Source: Basidiobolus meristosporus CBS 931.73 (taxonomy: Eukaryota > Fungi > Basidiobolomycota). From it: 64,000 bases of DNA. Numbering within the stretch: position 1 is the first letter of the stretch; each line of letters starts with the position of its first letter. Under the pieces are notes generated by a model. It saw only the letters and a program-made list of their open reading frames with translations, was not told the origin of the DNA and did no database searches. Position numbers and translations under genes: made by a program. Shown piece by piece: positions 50,825-61,851 of this stretch. The DNA is taken from the NCBI GenBank assembly GCA_002104905.1, contig MCFE01000221.1:1-64000 (forward strand), given 5' to 3'.

Positions 50825-53800
50825 CCAAGACCCTACAAAGGCAACAACAACCTATTTTGCAACTACTGCAAAAGGAAAGGACACACATCAGACCGGTGTC
50901 TCAAAAAGAGAGATTATCAGCAAAAGAAGCCTGAATATGGAAATGCTGCAACAACTGAAGATAGACTATTCATATCTGCACTAAATATGACCACAAACAA
51001 GGATTCTCAGACATGGTATATTAACTCTGGAGCATCTCAACACTTTACACACCAAAAAGAACTTTTTACCCAATATCAAGAAATTCCAATTAAGAAGGTT
51101 TCATGGGTGACGATAGAACACTTGATGCAGTGGGAGAAGGAACTATCCAAGTAAACCTTAGAAGCAGTAAAGGAAGCCATACACTGACCTTTAAAGAAGT
51201 ACTCTATGTACCAGAAGTAGCCAAGAACCTACTCTCTGTAAGCAAGGCCACAGCAGAAGGACTCAGTTTCAGTTTTGACAATTCTGGATGCAGGATCACT
51301 GATCAAAATGGTGCCCATATTGCTTTGGGCATGAGAGATCAGAATCTATACAAGTTGACTTATATTCCATCATATTTGGAAGCCAATATAAGTAACTTAA
51401 ATGAAGAAACACCAATGCTTTGGCACAGGAGATTTGGACACATCAATTTTGATTATTTGCGTAAAATGATCAAAGATCAGCTAATTTCTGGAGTGAAAAT
51501 TGATCCCCCAGCTAATTTGGAGCACTGTGAAGCCTGCATATATGGGAAACAAGCCAGACAACCGTTCAAGAGCTCTGGGTTACTCAAAACTCAGAAAAAA
51601 TTAGATCTAATTCACTCAGATCTGTGTGGACCTATGCAAAATTTATCCTTAGGCGGGATGAAGTATTTAATCACTTTTATTGATGATTATACAAGATACA
51701 CATTGGTCTACTTCATGGAGAGAAAGGAAGAAGCTCTGTCTAAGTTCAGGGAGTTTAAAGCCATGATGGAGAGAGAAACTGGTGAAAAAATCAAGAAAAT
51801 ACGCTCTGACAATGGTGGAGAATATACCTCAAAACTCTTCATCCACTTCTGCAAAATTCATGGGATAAAGCAAGAGACTACTGTTCCATACTCCCCACAG
51901 CAAAATGGAGTAGCAGAACAAGCTAACAGATCAATAATTGATATGGCAAGATCTATGATCCATGATCAAAAATTATCCTACAATTTTTGGGTGGAATCAG
52001 TTGCCACTGCTGTATATCTTAAAAATAGGAGTTATAACAGAATACTTGGTGATTCTACTCCATTAGTAGCATGGTATGGATACAGACCAAGTGCAGAACA
52101 TCTAAGAATATTTGGGTGTACAGCATATGCCAAAAAACTGGCCGGAAATCAGTCAAAATTTGAGCCAAAAAGTGTAAAATGCATATTTTTGGGCTACTGC
52201 AATGAGAGTAAGGCATACAGACTCTACAATACCGAAGCAAAGAAGCTGATCAAGTCCAGGGATGTGTTGTTTGATGAAAATTCAAAGTTTTCACAAAAAA
52301 TGACATCAGATGATGACAAAAATTTGATCTCAAGTCCACCAATTGTCAGGATTGAATCAGAGCAAAACAATGAAAATTTTTTCACTCCAGAGGACTCTAC
52401 AACCGTGGTTCAGCCAGAATCAGTGCCCAGGAATATCCCAGAAGTGATCATTCCAGTATCAAATGCCTGGAGATCCAATTGGACAAGAAATAGCCCAAAT
52501 TACTATATCAATGAGGGTACAAACTTAGCCTATGCCTATTCAGTCCATATTCATGAAACCCAGACCTTAAAAGAGGCCCTAAATAGCCCTCAGACAAAGT
52601 ATTGGAGATCTGCAATGACTGAGGAATATCAGGCCCTGATGGAAAATCAAACTTGGGACTTAGTCAAATTACCAATCAACCAAAAATCAATTGGATGCAG
52701 ATGGGTCTTCAAGACAAAATACAAGGCTGATGGCACAATTGAAAGATACAAAGCAAGACTTGTAGCCAAAGGATACTCTCAAACAAAAGGACTTGACTAT
52801 ACTGAGACCTTTGCATCGGTAGCCAAGTTTAATTCCACCAGATTAATATTGGCTATTGCAGCCAATATAAGTTTTTTATTCATCAAATGGATGTAAAAAC
52901 TGCATTTTTGAATGGAGAACTTGATGAGGACGTGTATCTGGACCAGCCTGATGGGTTTGTTGACCAAAATAACCACCATTTGGTCTGCAAGCTTAAAAAG
53001 TTGCTATATGGTCTCAAACAATCACCAAGAGCCTGGAATTGCAAGATAGATTCTTATTTGGAATCTTTGAGTTTCAAAAGGAGTAATGCTGACTATAGTA
53101 TATACTATAAGCCAGATAGAGCAAATCCAGTTCTATTAGCTCTATATGTGGATGATCTTATTATAGCCGCCAATAACCTAGAAACATTGGAAGAGACTAA
53201 ATCCAGCCTATCTAAGGAGTTCAAGATGTCCAATCTAGGAGAACTTAGTTACTACTTAGGGATTAAGTTCTCCATAGACAGAAGTACCCAGACTATTACC
53301 CTAAGCCAATCAAAGTATATTCAAGATATACTAAAGAAGTACAAAATGGAAGACTGTAAACCGGCAGCTACCCCAATTGAGACAAACCTTAACTTGGTCA
53401 AAACTCAACCAAATCAAGAGAGCTTGGTGCCATCTGAAAGCCCTGACTTTCCTTATCAATCTATGGTCGGCAGTCTGATGTATATCATGCTTGGAACACG
53501 TCCAGATATCTCATATTCAGTGGGAGTTGTCAGCCAACATAATCAGAACTATGGATCTGATCATATTGCAGCAGTTAAGCGAATTTTTAGATACCTAAAA
53601 GGAACTGCTGATATCTGCTTAAGATACACTTATAAGGATTCAGAACAGGACCTTGTGGGATACTCTGATGCTGATTGGGGACGAAATTTGGAAGACAGAA
53701 GATCCACCACAGGATATACCTTTCTCTACTGTAAAGGAGCAATTTCATGGAATTTAAGAAAGCAACCAACCGTAGCACTTTCTACTACAGAGGCAGAGTA

Positions 53801-54124
53801 TATGGCAGCCTGTGAAGCTACAAAAGAAGCAATGTGGTTAAGAAAGCTCTTTACAGATTTAGGCCTATGTCAAAAAATGCCTATTACTTTATTTCAAGAT
53901 AATCAAAGATGTATACAATTAGGTAGAAATCCAACTTTTCATGCTAGAATCAAGCACATAGATATTAGATATCATTTCATACGTGAAGCTATAGAGAATA
54001 ACTTAGTTAGCTTAGTTTATTTTCTACAGATGAAATGATTGCAGACATATTTACCAAACCATTAGCTAGAGACAAGTTTGAATATCTTAGGTCAAAATTA
54101 GGACTAGTCAGTATGAACATTTAG
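50825..54124 (+). pseudogene. pol: Copia-A gag CCHC plus pol (PR, GAG-pre-integrase, INT, RT, RNase H) with three 1-nt frameshifts
   Basis: CNYCKRKGHTSDRC, WYINSGAS (D to N), [69 protein letters not shown]. Stop at 54122-54124. Confidence 0.95.
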
Positions 54125-54594
54125 CTGAGTGGGAGTGTTGTAAAAATTTGTATTTCCACCTGAATATTCACCTAACTTAGTCACTTAGATCATCACCTTC
54201 AAATCCTAGAGAATACTGACCAAATTCCTTGTTGGGATTTACTTAGAATATTTTCACCAAAATACCAGGTACCCAGAACATGAAAATTCTCAAAGTTGTC
54301 CAAACAGCCCCAAACTTTGCACACATGTTCTTGGGACCTTCCTTAACCTATTCTACGTATTTGTAATGCCAAGACCATGTAAAAGTATAAATTTTACTTT
54401 TACATTCAATAAATCATTAAGTGAAAACCACATAATCTACTTGTTCTCCAAATCACTTCCAATATCTCCAAGACTCTTACAACAGAATATAGCAAGGATT
54501 TATTGTAAAGACTGGCAGATGAGGGGCTAGACCTTGCAGTGCTGGCTGAAGACCAGGACATGTGGGAACCACTGACTCAACAGTGGCATAAAGT

Positions 54595-55083
54595 TGTTGT
54601 AGTGGGGTCACAGAGACACCTGCTGACAGATGTGGTCATTCGCATATTTCCTACTACTCTTAAATTGGTTTTATCCCATTTGTCTTACTTGATCAGTGCT
54701 ATTCCATAAGCCAGCTGACTATTGCACCTGCTTACCTTATTGCATAAGTTATCCCTCACTTTATGCTTGAATACTTGATGTAAGTACTTCTATATTAGGC
54801 TGGTACCTGTGCCAGCACCTGCAACACATGACCAAACTGCATCACCATCCCTGCCATTTTTGTACCATATATTGTATTGCTATGTACACAGGTTTCAGAT
54901 TACTGATTCCTAATTGGTTGAGTGTGCTATGGCTCTTAGAACCTTCTGGCACCTACTTAGAGCATTCTTAGCCCATTCTGATGTCATTAAGACTTCTATT
55001 TAGCCACTGGAACCTTCTGGAACACCATGATTAGCAATCACTTTGCCAGTGAGAAGAGTAAATAAGGGGACAATCCCTCAACA
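54595..55083 (+). repeat. Orphan LTR-like repeat LTR-Y
   Basis: TGTTG...CAACA bounded, with a second copy at 12222-12573. The right end is uncertain and no TSD was found. Confidence 0.55.
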
Positions 55084-55117
55084 ATAAACCATCATCCCTT
55101 TTATCAATATACCAATT

Positions 55118-55652
55118 TGTTGATTAGTGCAATTACTGCTACCTGCTGCTACCTGAACTTCCAATCCAAGACCACAGGACTATCCCAGGAAACTACACTG
55201 ACAGCCAACTGACCTTGGAGGCACTACTTGTAAGGAATACTCAGGATGGGTATCTTTTATTGTATTTGATTCTTTCCCAAGTTTGTTCTTGTACAGGCAA
55301 AGGCACTTTTCTGTCTTTGTAACTGTTGACCACAGCTGTATTCTTACCAAGTTCCAGCTGGTGGAGTTTACAGTTGTTTTGACTTTGGAAGCTGTAGTAA
55401 ATGGTCATCTCAAAGGATGCTAAACCCAGCAAATACCTTTGTTAAGGCTCAAATTAAGTTGTAGATTGTAGCTCAATAGTTTTTCCTAAACAAGCTTGTG
55501 GCCTCATAACCCTTCACATTAGAATAGAGACAAAACCCAAGTATTCCTAGCAAGCTTTTGCCAGAGGTTATTGCACCCAGTGAGCACCCCACACACAAAA
55601 CACTAGAGAAGTGTTGGATGTATCCCTCTCTTGAACTTATACACTACCACAC
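55118..55652 (-). repeat. Orphan LTR-like repeat LTR-X (longest copy)
   Basis: Reverse complement matches 9620-10095 and ends ...CTAATCAACA. Confidence 0.6.
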
Positions 55653-56128
55653 CATTGGATTCCTGCTAGAGTAATGGAAATAGCCCCTATGAAAGATTAT
55701 TGTAAAGATTCCATCAAAAGGTCATCACAAAGCTAAAGTCCCATGACTGAGAGGTACTAATCCTGTCAGGATACCATCCAGAGATTGTTGAAAAATAATT
55801 GTACCCCAGATTTCACAAAAAACTTGGGCAAAATTTTTCATCTCAACAATATACTGGTGGCTTTTGATTGGTTCCCTGCCAGTTTGCTCACTTTCTGATC
55901 CTGGACACTCTATCACCTCATATGTTTGTATGCATTGATTGGTTATTGCCTTTTTTGCACACTCCTTACCTCCTGACTCAACTGTTTCTCTTACTTTTCA
56001 TGGGTACAAATTGATTTATTTCTGTTGAAACTTCAGTTGTACCTCAATTTCCAATTGTATTGGCCTATACAAGTCCCTATACTCTGCACCAACATTAGGC
56101 CCAACCCCACACTCAACAAGTAACTCCA

Positions 56129-57988
56129 TTAAAATCCACCTCTCAGTAAGTATTTCTGCTGTAATGCTCTGTTTTCACAGCTTTGGCAGGCCCCCTACAG
56201 CTTTATGCCATTGTACTTTATGCCACTGTTCATTCACTGTTCCCACATGTGCTGCAATCTCTTGGTGTGCCTAACAATGTTCTAAAATTCCACCAATGGC
56301 ATTGTGATAACCTTTTAAGTTCTTGACATTGTCACTTTGTTTGTCAGTGGGATCTCCACTCAGTGAACAATGTAGGGTGTGGAGGCTGAGGTAGACAAAT
56401 TGTCTTTTGCTTTAAACTCATCTACTTCACTGGAGGGTAGTTGAACTGGCTGCGCTTCCAACTCTTATGAAAACAGCTTTTTCTTTTTGGTGACTCTTCT
56501 TGGCAATGATGGGATTCAGTCTGTTCCTAGCTTGCGGCGTTAATTGGCAACAACTGCAGTTTTTTCTGCATGCCTCCCTGTCTCAGGCTTGGGTAGACAT
56601 TTTTTCCTTTACCTTTCCTTTATCACTGCCAGGTCTTTCAGTGCTACTTTGTCTGAGTGCTTCTTGTAAAAAACTATGTTTTCTCATTGATAAATTCTGT
56701 TGTGATGCATCTGTTTTGGCCTGCTTGTCCCTTGCTGGCACTCTTCTGGCAACCTGACGTTTCTTTTCCGCTTGTTTTAAGCTCTCAACTGTAGTTGTGA
56801 CAGACTCCTGTGAAAGACACTGGTTTTTATCACGGCCAGGTCCTTCACTGCTACTTTGACTGAATGCTTCTTGAGTGGTGCTACACTTTTTCCTTCATAA
56901 ATATTATGCTGGTGCATCAATGTCTGCCAGCTTGTCCTTAATTGGCACTCTTCCAGCTACCTGACATCTTTTTGATGCTTGTCTGGAGCTTTTGGCCCCA
57001 CTTGTAACAGGCTCTTGAGGAAGCTGCTGGTTTTTAGCCATGGCATGCTTGTTCATCTGCCTTTGATAGCTTCTGCTATTCTTAAGATACTATCATAGCA
57101 TACCAATGCTGGCCCAAGATCCATTTATCCATTTGAATCCAGGGTAATGCTCATGGAACAAGTCAAGTGCATTCTGCTTGGCCTTGAGTTCCTGATGGTC
57201 CCATGGTATGCCAGCCTTAAGGCAATGGTGTGCTAGACTTCTGACGGCTTCTTGTATATTAGCCCACTCTTCATTGTTGCACTCAAAGGCTTCACGGATC
57301 TTCAATACCTTTTAATTTCTAGGCCTTGGCATAAACACAACATTGTCTCCCTCCCACGCTGTGATGGGTTTTTCTGTGGGCTTTATCTCTGGCACTGTTG
57401 TTGTGCTTCAAAGAGTGTATGGTGTTCCTCTGGTGTTGCATTGGGAAAGGGCTCAATTCTTGGCTGTGGCATTGAGTTACTTGAGTTCCTTCTTTGTGGC
57501 AAAGATACTGCTTTCTCTACCTGGAATATCAACTGCTCTACATGTTTTATCCACTCATCCTATTTCTAGACTATTTCCTGATTTCTCTGGGCCATTGGAT
57601 CTGTCCTATCAGCCACTGCACCTAATTTCTTCATTAATACCTTGGTATGAGCTGACAACATACTTGCTAATGTGGGTGGTGGTGATGTTATGATGGCCAC
57701 TTGATGGTCTTCAACTAAGGGTATTGCATTTGCTACATTCTCATCTGCCTGAGCATAATGGTCAGCTTGTGACTCTGCAGAGGTTCTAAATTGCCTACTT
57801 GACTGAGAGCCTGAGGAGTCCACATTATTACCTTCAATGGCCACACTGTCCACAGGGCCTTTTTTGGATATAGCCCTGCTTGTTAGACTGAATGTCAAAG
57901 TAAGCTGTTGTCCAACTGTTCTTCTGTTGCCATCAGGAGTGGCGTTTGGTTGGGAACCAGCCAACTTTGATTTGTTTTTTGGCAGCAT
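56129..57988 (-). pseudogene. CMC-1 ORF2, ~620 codons, unknown function
   Basis: ATG 57988 (MLPKNKSK), a coiled-coil-like segment, the conserved EWANIQEAVRSLA..LKAGIPWDHQ..F...W.SIGML block, ~207-bp repeats, and a C-terminal FW/QKYLL block. Confidence 0.7.
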
Positions 57989-58210
57989 ATAAATGGAAGT
58001 GAGTCAAGCCAAAAGGGAAGTAGTGTTACATATACGTGTGTATGTGGTGCCACAACTTTATTTATAATGCTTACTATGGCAGATCATCATTGAATCTTAC
58101 ATTCATCTGGGTGCAATGTCTCAAATACAAGACTATCTTAAGTTCACCTGAGTATTGACCAAAAAGTGGTATAGTAGCATTACATTGATTAAGGTCAAAC
58201 TGTTTGCCTC

Positions 58211-60968
58211 ATGGACAAGACTACTTTGACTCAATGCTTTAAGAGAAGAGAAAAAAGATCATGTGGCTATTGTAGCAAGCTGCTCAGCCATGAAACACAC
58301 AGACAGCATAGGAAGTATTACATGGATCACAGCCAGTGTTTTGCCACACAAGTCATATTTGACCATTCATTAGTCACTAATGTACCAACTTCATCTTGCT
58401 GGCCAGTTGATAATTCTATATTGGCACCTGGCCATCTTTGTCACCTTGTGCAAACTGAGTCAGGAGAATTTTTGATGCCTTAATGCTCACCTCAACCTTC
58501 TGAATATGGCATGCAGAGTGATAGCTCTGATGAAGAAGGTTCACTGATGGATTTTGAGCCTATCTCCCCTAACAACAACACCACATATGAGCCTAGTCAA
58601 ATCCCTATATGCAATGAGACAACACATGCTGAAACAAATGCCGAGGATACTTTATGGAGCTAAGTGAGCCTAGTAATCCATCTACTGGTGAATGATGCAA
58701 TGTTGTGGCCAGAAAAGTGGTGTGTTTCCTCTAATATCAGTAATGGGGGCTTTTAGGATTTATTTCTACTACTGGTCAATATCATACCGGGATGGAACTT
58801 ACCATGTACATGGTACTAGTGGACAACCAACACGTGGCTGGCAACATATGATCCAGAGACTGTCCTGATTCCAGCATGTGTTAACAGTTGCATGGCATTC
58901 ACATCCAAAATGCTACCATTGCAATATGTCCAAATTGCCCGGAATCTACCACCATTGAGGGAAAACATTGTTCACACTCCAGATATATTCTGGACATACC
59001 CTGTCCAAGGAAGCTGATGCAGTCTGACATATATTGCAAAGCTATATAGTACTGCACTCAGTATCAATCAAGCGCAAACATATTTGATATATTTGATGGC
59101 AAACATTGCAATCAGCTCAGAAGCAAGGGCTACATTGAAGGTATGTATGACCATGCCTCTGCCTTGGCACTTGATGGATTCTCATTAAACAAGTACTCTA
59201 CCAGCAAATCTCACTTGCCACTGATTCTCATCAATCTGAATCTGCTGCCTATCTTACAGTATCAGAGCAATAATCTGATGGTAGTCTCACCTAAATCACC
59301 GTCCAACCTGGAGAGCTACTGGTATTCATTGCTGGATGAATTTGTACGTATTCCAGTAGGATAACAGTTAATGGCCATCATATAAAAGCTCATATTATTA
59401 TCTGCATTGAAGATACCCCCGCCATCAGCAAGATAGCAGGTTTTTCTGGGCACAAAGGATGGTATCACTGTTGAATGTGTGAGAACCAGGGGATTTACTC
59501 CATAACTCACACATAATATTGTTACCCAAACACCAGCACTAAGAACATCATCTTTCCAAAGAGGAAACTTACAGAAGTTAGCATGCAATTGCAGCAAAGT
59601 TGGCAAGCTATAAGTCATTGGCCAGAATATGGAGTGAATTGGAAACTGGAGATACTTAAGATAGAGGATATCTGTTGGAACAAAAGCTTTCCACTGAGTG
59701 CAATTCATATGCTTTTCAACAATATCCCTGTACTGATGACCAAGTTATACATGGGGCATTTCAAGCTAAATGAGCCCTTTGAGATACTGGAAAAATTTGA
59801 CAGCATTGGCAAGATATTGCAGAGAATCTGCTACCCTATATACTTCTCACAGGCTCCAATTAACACTCATACACATATGCAACTATACAAATGCAATGAC
59901 TGGATGAAGTGGATATGTATTTATTCAAGTGGCACTCTGAAGCCATTCCTACCAAGAGTACATAGGAAGCATTGGTAGTCATATGAGGACATTGTTGGAA
60001 TATTTATCTAGAAGTGGATCACCAATGCCAACTTGACGCATTTACAACTGTTGCATGAGGAGTTTGTGATAGGAACTGAGTGGCTATACTACAAACATAC
60101 AGCTGAGTGTATAGATCACTGCTGCTACTGTATCTATTCACTATTCCATCTTGCATGGTGTGTGGAGAATATTGGGCCTTGCTTCACCTTTTGGGCGTTT
60201 CCTAAGGAGCAGATGTGTGGGGAGATTGGAAGACAAGTCAAGTTGCAGGCACTACCATATTCCAATCTCATCAAGAATATTACCTTCAAGTCTGTCATGG
60301 ATGTAATGAGTTGGCACATGGAGGACAGCCAGTAAGAGTTGGAAAATACTGAGGACAAATGTGCACATGGAGACACCTATGCCTATGGCATTAAGAAGCT
60401 AAGCAGCCCCAATGAGTGGGTAATCAGTCAAGTAATGCAAAGTTGGGCTGGGTGCAACAAGCAACTAATTTTTATTAGGAAAACTCTACCAAGGCATGCC
60501 AGATTTCTCTTGGTTACATGCCAACTTCTACACCATTCAATATGGAATCCACACAAACAAAGGCCAGAGTGCACCTATAAGGGGGGCTAGAATCCAGTAG
60601 GGAGAAGGAATATATTGGCTAAATGCCAAGAAGTTCTTTGCAGATATTCAGGAGGTATTCATGGCATAGGTGGCAACAACCAAACATATGTTTGCAAGTT
60701 GTATAGGTTACTAGCAGTACAAAGTATATGGCAACTTTGCAAGTATCACACTTAAAAGCTGTAAAGTTGAGGTGGTGGAAGTATGTCAATTGCAGAAGGT
60801 GTGTGTGTTTGCAGAGGTTAGTAAGCAGGAGGCCATAGTTTTTTTTGATTTGAACTATATGTGGAATACCCAAGGTAGTAGTGGGTAAGCAAGTAAAGAG
60901 GGATGATTCTACAGTGGAATATGTTAATTGCACAAGGGGAGGTAAAAAAAGTAAATACCATTTTGTAA
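58211..60968 (+). pseudogene. CMC-1 transposase, near full length, multiple stops
   Basis: N-terminal CGYC..H, CxxxC...CPNC, IFDG, ALDGF, LNLLP, DTPA, AIH, HLAW, FP.EQ, PYSNL. Ends approximate. Confidence 0.85.
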
Positions 60969-61366
60969 ATTGGTACGGTAGCATTATACAGAACCAGCTG
61001 TAGGCTATTATACTGCCAATATCATGCCATGAGCATCTTGGAGTGAGGCTGTCAAAATATTGTCAAGTTTCTTGCCATTTAAGGCAACTGGATGTCCTGG
61101 CCAGTAAAATCCACTTAAAATAGTTGTAGAATGCTAAAAGACCGCAACAATATCATACAATTATTGTCACAGCACCAATCAAATCTTGTCAAGTCTTATC
61201 TCTTTATTTGGTAGTAAAATTAGCAAAACTCCATTGTGATCCAGTCATAAGATTGTTAAGAGGGTCACTAATTCCAAGCTGCTGGTATTAGGACAGTCTC
61301 TAAATGGGATCCTGACAGTTGATCTGGATTGGATCCACCTGCAGGACCAAATCATTATTCATAGGG

Positions 61367-61851
61367 AGAGCATTACAGCAAAAATACTTATTGAGTGGTG
61401 GATTTTAATGTAGGTACTCATAGAGTGTGGGGTTGGGCTTAATGTTAATGTAGGGTATAGGGACTTGTATAGGTCAATATAATTGGCAATTTAGGTACAA
61501 CTGTAGCCTAACAGAAATAAGTCAATTTATCTACATAAATAGTAAGAGAAACAGTTGAGTGAGGGAGTAAGGACTGTGAAAAAGAGGCAATAGCCAATCA
61601 ATGTACAAAAGTGTAAAAGGTGATCAAGTGTCTAGGATAAGAAAGTTAGCAAATTGGCAGGGAACCAGTGAAAAGCCACTACTATATTGTTGTGATGAAA
61701 AATTTTGACAAAGTTTTTTGTGAAATCTGCAGTGCAATTATTTTTCAGTGGTGTTTGCATGGTGTCCTGACAGGATCTGTACCTCTTAGTCATGGGACCT
61801 TAAATTTGTGATGGCCATTTGATGGAATCATTACAATAATTTCTCATAGGG
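61367..61851 (-). mobile_element. CMC-1 left arm fragment with terminus
   Basis: CATAGGG at 61845-61851; reverse-complement match to 55685-56175. Confidence 0.8.

Larger units (their letters stand above)
44689..54484 (+). mobile_element. Copia-A full-length Ty1/copia LTR retrotransposon (with nested Gypsy-A)
   Basis: 349-bp LTRs at 44689-45037 and 54136-54484, TSD GAATA (44684-44688 and 54485-54489), PBS 45038-45049, PPT GAGTGGGAG before 54136. Domain order gag-PR-INT-RT-RH. Confidence 0.97.
55685..61366 (+). mobile_element. CMC-1 near-complete CACTA/EnSpm element, 5682 bp
   Basis: TIR CCCTATGAA (55685-55693) and TTCATAGGG (61358-61366). Divergent ORF2 and transposase. TSD not confirmed. 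Confidence 0.85.

Noticed and set aside
58211-58483. Stand-alone zinc-finger gene (also at 12557-12892 and 34902-35222)
   Set aside because: The frame continues through stops into the transposase, so it is treated as the transposase N-terminus.
55682-61369. TSD for the near-complete CMC-1 copy
   Set aside because: The flanks AGC and AGA match only 2 of 3, and the right flank is another CMC-1 fragment.
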